Source: an uncultured Chloroflexia bacterium
GTDB taxonomy: Bacteria > Chloroflexota > Limnocylindria > Limnocylindrales > CSP1-4
Length of the DNA: 64,000 nucleotides
NCBI GenBank assembly: GCA_963813335.1
Contig: CAWEYL010000005.1
Span: 32,001-96,000 of the forward strand
Direction of reading: 5' to 3'
The stretch's first letter is position 1; every line of letters starts with the position of its first letter. The position numbers were made by a program, and so were the translations under genes. Of this stretch, positions 31,624-41,423 are shown piece by piece. Below the pieces are notes generated by a model. The model did no database searches, was not told the origin of the DNA, and was given only the letters and a program-made list of their open reading frames with translations.

Positions 31624-32325
31624 ATGAGCCCGCCGCTCGAGCGGGTCGGCGGACGGGGACCGAGCGAGAGGACGCTGCTCCGGGTCGTCGTGCTGGTCCT
31701 GTTCGCGGCCCTGCTGGCCGTGGTCAAGCCGTGGAGCGGCGGCGAGACGGGCGGGGTCGCGCCCGGGCCGTCGCGGGGAACGGCGGCGGCGGCGAGCGCG
31801 ACGCCCGCCGGACCGACGCCGAGTCCGACACCCGTCGATCCCGCGTCGGCCTTCTGCATCACGCCGAGCGACTGGCGCCTGACCTCGCTCGAGATCTTCG
31901 ACCACCAGACCATCCGGGTCTGGCAGACGATCAGCCCGATCCACGCGACGGGACCGACCGACCCGGACCTGCCGGAGGGCCTGGTCGTGTCGACGTCGGT
32001 CCGCGCGGTCGGCTGGTGCGCCCCGACGGCCGTGGACATCCGCCCGGCCGGGCCCGTGACCACGCGGATCTGGCGGGTCCCGACCGATGGCGAGCCGGTC
32101 GCGCTGGACCTCCGGCCGCGCCTCGGTCCGAGCGACCTGGGCGAGGACTACGCGGCACCCGACCTCGGCGCGGGAGCCAGCGACTGGACGCCGGGGCGCT
32201 ACGTCTTCGAGATCGCGGAGCCGAAACCGGGCCGCTCGTGGTGGTTCGCCGTGACGGTCCGCCGGTTCGTGCCCGACGGGCCGGCCGTCGCCCCCACGGA
32301 GTCACCCGCCTCGCCGGTACCATGA
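31624..32325 (+). CDS. Membrane-anchored hypothetical protein
   Basis: TM VVVLVLFAALLAVVKPW, Pro/Thr linker, beta-rich domain with two Cys (WTPGRYVF). Confidence 0.7.
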   Translation: MSPPLERVGGRGPSERTLLRVVVLVLFAALLAVVKPWSGGETGGVAPGPSRGTAAAASATPAGPTPSPTPVDPASAFCITPSDWRLTSLEIFDHQTIRVWQTISPIHATGPTDPDLPEGLVVSTSVRAVGWCAPTAVDIRPAGPVTTRIWRVPTDGEPVALDLRPRLGPSDLGEDYAAPDLGAGASDWTPGRYVFEIAEPKPGRSWWFAVTVRRFVPDGPAVAPTESPASPVP

Positions 32326-32332
32326 GCCGGGT

Positions 32333-33100
32333 ATGGACCTGGGGCTGACCGGACATCGAGCGCTCGTTGGCGGGGGGAGTGGCGGGCTCGGCGGCGCCAT
32401 CGCCGCCGTCCTGCGCGCCGAGGGCGTGGCGGTGGCGCTCGTCGCCCGGGAGAGCCCGCGGCTGGCGGCGGCCGCCTCGCGGCTGGACGCCGTGGCCGTG
32501 CCCGCCGACCTCTCGACACCGGACGGCCCGGCCGCCGCGGTGACCGGTACGGTGGCCGCCCTGGGCGGCCTGGACCTCCTGGTCGTCAACTCCGGCGGCC
32601 CGCCCATCGGGCGGTTCGTGGACCTCGACGAGGCGGCCTGGGCCAGGGCCATCGACGGCACGCTGTGGAGCACGATCCGGTTGGTGCGCGCGGCCCTGCC
32701 GGCCCTGCGCGACGGCCGCGACCCGGCGATCCTGGTGATCCTCTCGAGCTCGGTCCGCGAGCCCATCCCCGGGCTCGCGACGTCGAATGCGCTCCGGCCG
32801 GGACTCGCCGGACTGGTCAAGAGCCTCGTCGAGGAGATCGCCCCCATCCGCATCAACGCCCTCGCGCCGGGACGGCTGGCGACGGACCGCATCGCCGAGA
32901 TGGACGGGGCCCGGGCGGCGGGCAGTGGGGTCGCCGTCGAGGAGATCCGCCAGGCGCACGTCGCGCGCATCCCGCTCGGCCGCTACGGCGACCCGGCGGA
33001 GCTGGGCCGGGTGGGGGCGTTCCTCCTGTCGCCGGCCGCGTCCTATGTCACGGGCGCGATCGTCCCGGTGGACGGGGGGATGGTCAAGGCCCTCCCGTAG
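32333..33100 (+). CDS. SDR-family oxidoreductase
   Basis: MDLGLTGHRALVGGGSGGLG, NSGGPP, SNALR, IPLGRYGDPAE, VDGG. Confidence 0.92.
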   Translation: MDLGLTGHRALVGGGSGGLGGAIAAVLRAEGVAVALVARESPRLAAAASRLDAVAVPADLSTPDGPAAAVTGTVAALGGLDLLVVNSGGPPIGRFVDLDEAAWARAIDGTLWSTIRLVRAALPALRDGRDPAILVILSSSVREPIPGLATSNALRPGLAGLVKSLVEEIAPIRINALAPGRLATDRIAEMDGARAAGSGVAVEEIRQAHVARIPLGRYGDPAELGRVGAFLLSPAASYVTGAIVPVDGGMVKALP

Positions 33101-33115
33101 CGCTCGAGACCCGCG

Positions 33116-33558
33116 TCAGCGGCGCGACGGCTCGCGGGCCATGTCGTAGGTCGCCCGCGACAGCACGATGAGCCCAAGCGCCGAGAGCCACAGGCCGGGA
33201 CCGTTGGTGATGACCTGGGCGGGCTCGCTGAAGACGAACGCGCCGCGCGACAGCAGCTGGATGAAGCTGATCCCGAGCCCGACCCAGCCGGCGACGGTCA
33301 GGATCAGGTACGAGATCCAGCGGTCGACGCCGAGCGGCCGGTCGCCCGCGGCGTAGGGCAGCGCGACGAGCGCCAGCACCAGGATGCCGACAAGGAAGAC
33401 GACGATCCCCGCACCCTCGAAGCCGTTGCCGCTCAATGGGGTGATGCCGGTCTCACCGCCTCCGACCATCCACCACGGCAGGACGCAACCGATCACGAGC
33501 AGCACCCCGGCGACCGCGGCCAGCGTCCGCCCGCGGCCCAGCGGCCGCCGATGCATCG

Positions 33559-33562
<4 letters not shown>
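33116..33562 (-). CDS. Membrane protein (about 4 TM)
   Basis: Hydrophobic helices, LPWW motif; coupled to the hpt stop. Confidence 0.8.
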
Positions 33563-34127
<565 letters not shown>

Positions 34128-34131
<4 letters not shown>

Positions 34132-34616
34132 CGCCCGCCCTCGGAGGCAGCCGGGGCCGCCAGTGGCCGCTGGCGGGTGCGGCGGGCCGCGCGCTCGGCG
34201 GCCGTGGGGACGGCGGCGGCCTCGCGGGCCACGGTCGCCGCCGCGCTCCCGCGCGGCGGGGTCGTCTGCCCGGAGCTGCCGGACAGCGCGTCGACGAGCG
34301 CGAGCTTGCCGTACTTGAGCATCAGCGCCCGGAAGTCGCGGGCGTAGAACAGCTTGATGGTGACGGCCGGATAGAGCTCGCGCAGGCGGCGCAGCTTGCG
34401 GTTCTTCTTGCGGACGAGCTTCTGGCGCAGCGTGGTCATCTCAAGGTAGCAGTCGAGGTCGGGCAGCCAGAAGTCCGGCGAGAAGCTCTCGACCACCTCG
34501 CCCTCGAGGTTCCACAGGATCGGGAAGGTGTGCGGCTCGTAGACCCAGCGGACGTCGTAGAAGTCGAGGATGCGGGCCATCTCGGCCTCGCTGGCGTGGG
34601 CGAACGAGGCGGTCAC
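34128..34616 (-). CDS. hpt-associated protein with a PD-(D/E)XK-like fold
   Basis: FAHASEAE..RILDFY..W.YEP..F; FSPDFWLP...YLEMTT; KKNRKLRRLRELYP. Confidence 0.7.
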
Positions 34617-34747
34617 CGGGCGCTGGGCAGGCGGCGCAGGTCGCCCCGTCGGGCCAGGATCCTGCGCCGGTCGGCGGGGACGCCGGCGCCGCAGGCGGTG
34701 CAGGCGACATCTTCGGGCGTCGGGCGGAGGCCGTCGCGAGGATCCAT
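34613..34747 (-). CDS. Short ORF with a single CxxC (possible truncated zinc ribbon)
   Basis: MDPRDGLRPTPEDVACTACGAGVP...; TAGACT -10 8 nt upstream; stop overlaps the next GTG. Confidence 0.45.
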   Translation of the reverse strand: MDPRDGLRPTPEDVACTACGAGVPADRRRILARRGDLRRLPSAR

Positions 34748-34801
34748 CGGCCCACAGTCTAGCCGAAGCGCCGGGGAGCACGGCGGGCGTCGCATCCGCC
34801 G

Positions 34802-34826
34802 ATACCCCCTGGGGGTATGGTAGGAT
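34802..34826 (+). promoter_or_regulatory. CsoR operator and extended -10 of csoR
   Basis: Perfect palindrome ATACCCCC-T-GGGGGTAT (34802-34818), the classic CsoR C/G-tract type, followed by TGgTAGGAT. Confidence 0.85.
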
Positions 34827-34878
34827 CGTCTCCGTCCCGACGGGCGTCCCGTCGATCGCAGCGATGAGGTCGTGTCTG

Positions 34879-35235
34879 ATGCCAGCGAGCCCGGGCCGTC
34901 GGCCGGCGCCGAAGCCGGACCCGAGCCACTTCCGCCACAGCTACTCGAAGGACAAGACCCTGCTCGTGCGCCGCCTGTCGCGCATGGAGGGCCAGGTCCG
35001 CGGCATCGCCCGGATGATCGAGCGCGAGGAGTACTGCGTCGACATCCTCCAGCAGACCGCGGCGCTGCGCGCCGCGGTGGACGCCCTCTCGATCCTGGTC
35101 CTCGAGGACCACGTCCAGGGCTGCGTCCGCACCGCCGCGGAGGCCGGCCAGGCCGACGGCTACGTCGAGGAGGTCATCGACGTCGTCCGGCGCACCCTCG
35201 GACGGCCGGTCCGCGGTGGGGCCCGCACGAGCTAG
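34879..35235 (+). CDS. csoR: Copper-sensing repressor of the CsoR/RcnR family
   Basis: RRLSRMEGQVRGIARMIEREEYCVDILQQ...EDHVQGC (C-H-C ligands). Confidence 0.92.
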   Translation: MPASPGRRPAPKPDPSHFRHSYSKDKTLLVRRLSRMEGQVRGIARMIEREEYCVDILQQTAALRAAVDALSILVLEDHVQGCVRTAAEAGQADGYVEEVIDVVRRTLGRPVRGGARTS

Positions 35236-35269
35236 GACGAGGCGTCCCGACCACCGTCGCGGGCCCGAC

Positions 35270-35310
35270 TTATCCACGAATCCCGGGGTCCGTCGACACT
35301 TGGTGGATAA
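35270..35310. promoter_or_regulatory. Two inversely oriented DnaA-box-like sites
   Basis: TTATCCACG (35270-35278, +) and TTATCCACC (35302-35310, -), each 8/9 to TTATCCACA. Confidence 0.55.
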
Positions 35311-35459
35311 CCTCGTTGACGCGTCGCGTCACGGCGCGTAGCGTCCGTCATCCGCACTGGGGCGACCCGGGTACGGAGGTCCGCGAGGGGCTCGGGGAGA
35401 CCCGACCACGAACCGGACGGACGGCCGAAGCACCGGACCCACGCTCGTGGTGCGAAACG

Positions 35460-36311
35460 ATGACGCCGGGAGTGGCACGGCGCGGGACGATCGGCACGTA
35501 CAACAGGAGGCGTGCCCTGCAGCCCGCGCGTGAGCCGCTCCCGACGCGCGTCGAGGGCCTTCCACCGTTGCCGTCGGCCTATGCCGACGCCCTCGACGAT
35601 GGCCTGTCCCGCCTCGACCTCCACCTCGGCGCGGCCCAGCGCGCCGCCATCGACGGCCACGTGCGCCTGCTGCTGGCCTGGACGACGGCGATCAACCTCA
35701 CGGCCATCCGCGATCCGCGCGAGGTCGCCGTCGCGCACGTCCTCGACAGCCTCAGCGCGATCCCGCTGCTGCGCCGGCTGGGCATCGATGCCCTCGTGGA
35801 CCTCGGATCCGGCGGCGGCTTCCCCGGCCTGCCGCTCGCGGTCGCGCTGCCGGCGCGGCGGGCCGTGCTCGTCGAGTCGACCGCCAAGAAGGCACGCTTC
35901 CTGCAGACCGCGATCGCCGCCATCGAGGCGCACCCCGGCGACGGAGAGGCGGCCGCGCCGATCGCGGTGGCCGCGGTCCGCGCCGAGGCCCTCGCCCGCG
36001 ACCCGGCCCAGCGCGCCGCCTGGCCGTGCGTGACGGCGCGAGCCGTGGGTGCGCTTCCCGACCTGGTCGAGCTGTCCGTCCCACTGCTCCGGCCGGGCGG
36101 CGTCCTCGTCGCCTGGAAGCGCGGCGACCTCGCTGGCGAGCTCGCGGCCGGGCGGCGCGCACTCGACGCCCTCGGCGGCGGACGGCTCGAGACGACCGCC
36201 GTCGACCTGCCCGGCCTGGCCGATCACGTGCTGGTCGTGGTGACGGCCGCGGGCGCGGCGGACGCGGCGTATCCGCGCGATCCCGCCGTGCGCGCGAGGC
36301 GACCGTGGTGA
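35460..36311 (+). CDS. rsmG: 16S rRNA m7G527 methyltransferase; start uncertain
   Basis: AINLTAIRD, HVLDSL, DLGSGGGFPGLPLA, ESTAKKARFL, RAE, VTARAV, YPR. Confidence 0.93.
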   Translation: MTPGVARRGTIGTYNRRRALQPAREPLPTRVEGLPPLPSAYADALDDGLSRLDLHLGAAQRAAIDGHVRLLLAWTTAINLTAIRDPREVAVAHVLDSLSAIPLLRRLGIDALVDLGSGGGFPGLPLAVALPARRAVLVESTAKKARFLQTAIAAIEAHPGDGEAAAPIAVAAVRAEALARDPAQRAAWPCVTARAVGALPDLVELSVPLLRPGGVLVAWKRGDLAGELAAGRRALDALGGGRLETTAVDLPGLADHVLVVVTAAGAADAAYPRDPAVRARRPW

Positions 36312-36337
36312 GCGACCCGCTGCTACGCTGACCGGCC

Positions 36338-37060
36338 ATGCGGATCGCGGTCCTGTCCGACATCCACAGCAACCTCGTCGCGCTCGATGCGGTCCTCGCC
36401 CACATGGGGACCGTCGACGCCGTCTGGCATCTCGGCGACGTCGTCGGGTACGGCCCGGAACCGGACGCCGTGGTCGATCGACTCGCTGGCCTCCGCGCGG
36501 TCGGCGTCCGCGGCAACCATGACGCGGCGGCCGCCGGCGGGCCCGAGATCGAGTACTTCAACCCGGACGCACGCAAGGCGATGGAGTGGACGATCGCGCG
36601 GATCTCCCCGGCGACCCGCACCCATCTCGCGGGGCTGCCGGAACGGCTGACCATCGAGGACGTCTCGCTCGTCCACGGCAGCCTGCGCGACCCGACCTGG
36701 GAGTACGTGACCACGCTGGCGATCGCCCGGGCATCGCTCGACCTGCTGGCCACACCGGTCGGGCTGCACGGCCACACCCACGTCCCGGTGGCCTTCATCG
36801 CCGAAGAGGAACGCACTGACGTGGTCGCGGTCGGCGACGCCACGCGCCTCCAGCTCCCGGACCGTCCGGTCCTGCTGAACCCGGGCAGTGTCGGCCAGCC
36901 ACGCGACGGCGATCCCCGGGCCGCCTACCTCGTCCTCGACACCGAGGCCAGGGTCGTGACCTGGCACCGCGTCGAGTACGACATCGCCGCCGTGATGGCC
37001 GCGATGCACGCGGCCGAGTTGCCGGTCCGCCTCGCCGAGCGGCTCCGCCATGGACTCTGA
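36338..37060 (+). CDS. Calcineurin-like metallophosphoesterase
   Basis: SDIHSN, LGDVVGYG, RGNHD, VHGS, GHTH, NPGSVGQPRDGD. Confidence 0.93.
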   Translation: MRIAVLSDIHSNLVALDAVLAHMGTVDAVWHLGDVVGYGPEPDAVVDRLAGLRAVGVRGNHDAAAAGGPEIEYFNPDARKAMEWTIARISPATRTHLAGLPERLTIEDVSLVHGSLRDPTWEYVTTLAIARASLDLLATPVGLHGHTHVPVAFIAEEERTDVVAVGDATRLQLPDRPVLLNPGSVGQPRDGDPRAAYLVLDTEARVVTWHRVEYDIAAVMAAMHAAELPVRLAERLRHGL

Positions 37061-37225
37061 TCGAGCGGCCGCGTGTGGCATCGCCTGGACCGATTGCTGT
37101 ATAACCAAGTCGCCAAGCGGCGCAGGGCCGAACCTGTCGGGCGCGAACCCACGGTCATCGCCGACGTCCGGTTCCGACGCGGCGACTGATCCCCGGGCCG
37201 CGTCCCGCCCACGACTGGAGTCCCG

Positions 37226-39286
37226 TTGATCGGAGGCCGGCGGCCCCTGCAGGGCCGCAAACCGGCGGACAAGCGCGTCCGGATCGAGCGCCCGCACGCC
37301 CCCTTCTTCCGCTACGTCGGGCCCGGCCAGCTGGTCGCCAAGCCGGGCGCCAACATCGCCCAGACGCCGACCGGGCGCTTCCTCGCGCGCACCCGCGCCA
37401 TCGTCTTCGGCCGCCCGCTGTCGAACGAGGAGGAGATCGGCGAGCGCCTCTCGAAGACCAAGGCCCTGGCGATCTTCAGCTCCGACGCGATCAGCTCGTC
37501 CGCCTATGCGACCGAGGAGATCCTGCGGGTCCTGCTGCTCGCCGGCGCCAGCGCCCTCTTCCTGTCGATCCAGGTCGCGATCGCGATCACGGTCCTGCTG
37601 GCCGTGGTGTCGGTGTCGTACCGCCAGGTCTGCCGCGCCTATCCGAACGGCGGCGGTGCCTACGTCGTGGCGCGGACCAACCTGGCCCCGATCTTCGGGC
37701 TCATCGCGGCCGCGGCCCTCCTGATCGACTACGTGATGACGGTCGCGGTCTCGACGGCGGCGGCGATCACCCAGATCCAGTCGGTCATCCCGGCCGCCTA
37801 CGACGTCCGGATCGAGATCGCCTTCATCTCGATCTCGCTGATCACCATCGCCAACCTGCGCGGCCTGCGCGAGTCGGGGAACATCTTCGCGGTGCCGACG
37901 TACCTTTTCGTGGGGCTGGCCCTCTCGATCGTGGCCATCGGGCTCGTCAACATCGTCGGCGGGACGGTCGTCCAGCCGCCGCCGACCGACGCGGTCCCAT
38001 TCCCGCCGGCGAACGCGCTCGAGCCGATCGGGATCCTGCTGCTGCTGAAGGCCTTCGCCGGCGGCTCGGTCGCACTGACCGGCGTCGAGGCGATCGCCAA
38101 CGGTGTGCCGGCGTTCAAGCCGCCCGAATCGAAGAACGCCGCGAACACCATGACCGCGATGGCGGTCCTGCTGGGCATCCTGTTCGTCGGGCTCACCCTC
38201 GTCGCGGTCGCCTACGGGCTCCGTCCCACCAATCCCGGCGGCGCGTCGATCGTCGCCCTCGCCGCGGAGGCGACCTTCGGCGAGGGCTCCGTGTTCTTCA
38301 TCGCGTTCGCGGCGTCGACCGCGCTGATCCTGTTCCTGGCCGCGAACACGAGCTTCAATGCCTTCCCGCGCCTCGCCGCGATCCTGGCCGAGGACGGCTA
38401 CATGCCCCGCCAGTTCTCGTTCCGCGGCGATCGCCTCGCCTACTCCTGGGGGATCGTCCTGCTGGCGGCGGTCGCGTTCGGCCTGCTCTGGTTCTTCGGC
38501 GGCGACACCCACGCGCTGATCCCGCTCTACTCGGTGGGCGTGTTCGTCTGCTTCACCCTCAGCCAGATCGGCATGGTCCGCCACTGGCTCACGGTCCGCG
38601 AGTCCGGCTGGCACTGGCGCATGGCGGTCAATGGGCTCGGGGCCGTGCTGACCGCGGTCGTGCTCGCGGTCGTCGTCTCCGAGAAGTTCGAGGCCGGTGC
38701 CTACCTCGTGGTGATCCTCGTCCCGACCCTCGTCGCGATGATGCTGTTCATCAGCCACCAGTACAGCCGCTCGAAGCGCGAGCTGGCGGTCCGTCCGGAC
38801 CTGGTCGTCCAGGCGCTGCACCGCGAGGAGCGGGCCGTCGTCCCGATCCCGGGTCTCAACCGCGCCGTCGTCCAGGCCATCAACGTCGCCCGCTCGATCA
38901 GCGACGACATCCGCGCGGTCTATATCAGCGACGACCCGGAATCCGCGGCGCGCCTGCGCACCGATTTCGAGCGGCAGATCCCCGGGGTGCCGCTGGTGGT
39001 CGTCGAATCGCCGTACCGGGCCCTGGCCGGACCGCTGCTCGCCTACCTCGACGTGCTGGACGCCGCGTGGCCCCCGGGCAAGCACGAGCCGATCACCTTC
39101 GTGGTGATCCCCGAGTACGTGGCCCGCTCGTGGTGGGAGCGCATCCTCTACAACCAGGCGGCCAAGCGGCTGCGGACGGTGCTCCTGGGGCGCCCCCACA
39201 CCGTGGTCGTGAACGTCCCATACCGGCGCGAGGACCGCGACCAGTTCGAGGGCGCGCATGCCGCCGACGAGGCGAAGCTGGAGTAG
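37226..39286 (+). CDS. kimA: APC-family K+ transporter (KimA/YdaO-like)
   Basis: SSDAISSSAYATEE, AYPNGGGAY, LTGVEAIANGVPAF, LIPLYSVGVF, ESPYR, VIPEY. Confidence 0.88.
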   Translation: MIGGRRPLQGRKPADKRVRIERPHAPFFRYVGPGQLVAKPGANIAQTPTGRFLARTRAIVFGRPLSNEEEIGERLSKTKALAIFSSDAISSSAYATEEILRVLLLAGASALFLSIQVAIAITVLLAVVSVSYRQVCRAYPNGGGAYVVARTNLAPIFGLIAAAALLIDYVMTVAVSTAAAITQIQSVIPAAYDVRIEIAFISISLITIANLRGLRESGNIFAVPTYLFVGLALSIVAIGLVNIVGGTVVQPPPTDAVPFPPANALEPIGILLLLKAFAGGSVALTGVEAIANGVPAFKPPESKNAANTMTAMAVLLGILFVGLTLVAVAYGLRPTNPGGASIVALAAEATFGEGSVFFIAFAASTALILFLAANTSFNAFPRLAAILAEDGYMPRQFSFRGDRLAYSWGIVLLAAVAFGLLWFFGGDTHALIPLYSVGVFVCFTLSQIGMVRHWLTVRESGWHWRMAVNGLGAVLTAVVLAVVVSEKFEAGAYLVVILVPTLVAMMLFISHQYSRSKRELAVRPDLVVQALHREERAVVPIPGLNRAVVQAINVARSISDDIRAVYISDDPESAARLRTDFERQIPGVPLVVVESPYRALAGPLLAYLDVLDAAWPPGKHEPITFVVIPEYVARSWWERILYNQAAKRLRTVLLGRPHTVVVNVPYRREDRDQFEGAHAADEAKLE

Positions 39287-39320
39287 TCGGGCGGCACCGG
39301 TGGTATCGTGACCGCCGCCC

Positions 39321-39779
39321 ATGTCAGAGACCCACGCCCCCGCCTTCAAGCGAGCGGTCATCGCGCTCAACGGCAGCCCGAGCGACGCCCGCGTCGTCCG
39401 ACTCGTCGCCGAGCAGGCCCGCCTCGCCAAGGCCGAGCTCATCGCCGTCCATGTCGTCGAGATCGACTGGACGCTGCCGCTCGACGCCGACATCGCCAGC
39501 CGGTCCGAGAGCGTCCAGCAGGTGCTCGACTCAGCCGAGGCGGTCGCCGAGGAATCGAAGCAGACCCTCGAGCCGGTCCTGCTCCAGGCCCGCGACGTCG
39601 GGGCGGCCATCGTCGACGAGGCGGCCGAGCGCGGCGCGGACCTGATCGTCCTGGGCGTCCCGTTCCGGACCCGGTTCGGCGGCGAGTTCGCCATCGGCCG
39701 GACCATCCCCTACGTCCTGCAGAGTGCGCCGTGCGCCGTCTGGGTGGTGCGCGAGCCGATGTCCGAGGAGCCGTCGTGA
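39321..39779 (+). CDS. Universal stress protein
   Basis: VIALNGS, VHVVE, ADLIVLG, IGRTIPYVLQSAPCAVWVVR. Confidence 0.9.
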   Translation: MSETHAPAFKRAVIALNGSPSDARVVRLVAEQARLAKAELIAVHVVEIDWTLPLDADIASRSESVQQVLDSAEAVAEESKQTLEPVLLQARDVGAAIVDEAAERGADLIVLGVPFRTRFGGEFAIGRTIPYVLQSAPCAVWVVREPMSEEPS

Positions 39780-40288
39780 AGATCGTGATCGTGGGCTGCG
39801 GCCGCGTGGGCGCCGCCATCGCCGACGCGTATGACGTGGCCGGTCACCAGGTGCTGATCCTCGACCTGCACACCGACGCCTTCGACCGCCTGCCGTCGAC
39901 GTTCCGCGGGCGCGCCGTCCGCGGCGACGGGACCGACGAGGACGTCCTGATCAGGGCCGGTGCCGGCGACGCGGACGTCTTCCTGGCGATGACCGAGGGC
40001 GACAACCGCAACGTCATGGCCGCGCAGCTCGCGACCGAGGCCTTCCGCATCGCGAAGGTCGTCGCCAAGATCAACGACCCGGTCCGGGCCGAGGCGTACG
40101 CCGAGCTCGGGATCGCCACGCTGTGCCGGACCGGGCTGATGCTCGATGCGGTCAACGGCTACCTCGGGTTCCCCAAGTCCGGCCTGGCCGGGCTCCTCGC
40201 GCCGTCCGGGAGCCATCCCGGCGGCGAGCACCACGTCCACGGCACGGCCGCTGGCGTCGCGTCCGACACGTCGTCGGGCGCCCGATAG
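39776..40288 (+). CDS. trkA: TrkA-family K+ uptake regulator (RCK N-domain only)
   Basis: IVIVGCGRVG, GDGTDEDVL..AG, TEGDNRN, KINDP. Confidence 0.88.
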   Translation: MKIVIVGCGRVGAAIADAYDVAGHQVLILDLHTDAFDRLPSTFRGRAVRGDGTDEDVLIRAGAGDADVFLAMTEGDNRNVMAAQLATEAFRIAKVVAKINDPVRAEAYAELGIATLCRTGLMLDAVNGYLGFPKSGLAGLLAPSGSHPGGEHHVHGTAAGVASDTSSGAR

Positions 40289-40300
40289 GAGGTCTGGATC

Positions 40301-40984
40301 GTGTTCGTCCTCGTCGTCGGTGGCGGGAAGGTCGGCTACTACCTCACCAAGGAACTGATCGATGCGGGCCACGAGGTGGCCCTGATGGAGAAGGACCCGT
40401 CGCGCGCGGTCCAGATCGCCGACGAGATCGGCTCGATCGTGATCGCCCATGACGGTTGCGAGGGCAAGTACCTCGGCGAGGCCGGCTGCAACCGGGCCGA
40501 CGTCGTCGCGGCCGTGACCGGCGACGACGAGGACAACCTCGTCATCTGCCAGATGGCCAAGCACCACTTCGATGTCCCGCGGACGATCGCCCGCGTCAAC
40601 AACCCCAAGAACGAGGCGCTCTTCCGCCACCTCGGCGTGGACGAGCTGATCAGCCCCACCCGGATGATCCTGGGCTCGATCGAGCAGGACATCCCGGTCC
40701 ACGAGCTCCTCCACCTCGCCGCCCTCGGCGAGAGCGACCTCGAGCTCATCGAGGCGCATCTGCAGGCCGGCTCGCCGGCCATCGGGCGGGCGCCGAAGGA
40801 CCTCTCGATCCCCGAGGGCTGCTCGCTCTTCGCGGTCATCCGCGAGGGCGTCGCCACGCCGCTGCGCCCCGATACCGTCATGCTCGAGGGCGACAAGGTC
40901 ATCGCCATCGGCCGGCAGGACTGCCAGGAACTGCTGCACGACCAGCTCATCGGCGACGCGGAGGTCGTCGGCGCCGACGCCTGA
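40301..40984 (+). CDS. trkA: TrkA-family K+ uptake regulator (RCK N + C)
   Basis: VVGGGKVG, VTGDDEDNL, ARVNNPKN, TrkA_C domain. Confidence 0.92.
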   Translation: MFVLVVGGGKVGYYLTKELIDAGHEVALMEKDPSRAVQIADEIGSIVIAHDGCEGKYLGEAGCNRADVVAAVTGDDEDNLVICQMAKHHFDVPRTIARVNNPKNEALFRHLGVDELISPTRMILGSIEQDIPVHELLHLAALGESDLELIEAHLQAGSPAIGRAPKDLSIPEGCSLFAVIREGVATPLRPDTVMLEGDKVIAIGRQDCQELLHDQLIGDAEVVGADA

Positions 40985-41380
40985 CCCGCGGACCGGGCCG
41001 GGGCGGCGCAGGGCGCAGCCCGGGCGGGGCCACCGGCGCCGACCGGTCCAGGAAGCCACGATACGTGCGTCGCTGACGACGTCGACTCGATCTTCAATCG
41101 GCCACGCACGCGTTGTGGCCCGTGACGCCGGTCTTCCTGCCGCGATCCTTGACCCCGAGCCCGCGCCGGCCTGCGACGCAGCGTTCGTGGCCTGACGGAC
41201 CCACGGACGATCGGCGGTGGGCGACACACTCCAGGCTCGAGGCCCGTCGACCCACTGTGTTCGGCCGCCAGCTCCAGCGGCCGGTTTCGACCGCCACGAG
41301 GGTCATGACGAGCCACCGTCGAGGCCGACTGAGACCTCGACCGGTGCGCCGGCGCAAGACATTGGCAAATCGAAACCGCA

Positions 41381-41416
41381 GAACTCTTGACAACGATATT
41401 GTCAACGTTCTAGCAT
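41381..41416 (+). promoter_or_regulatory. hspR operon promoter with an inverted-repeat operator
   Basis: TTGACA (41387)-N18-TAGCAT (41411), ATG 7 nt later; TTGACAA-CGATA-TTGTCAA at 41387-41405. Confidence 0.8.
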
Positions 41417-41423
41417 CCCCGGC

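Noticed and set aside
35236-35460. oriC
   Set aside because: Only two imperfect DnaA boxes, no AT-rich unwinding element, and no dnaA/dnaN nearby.
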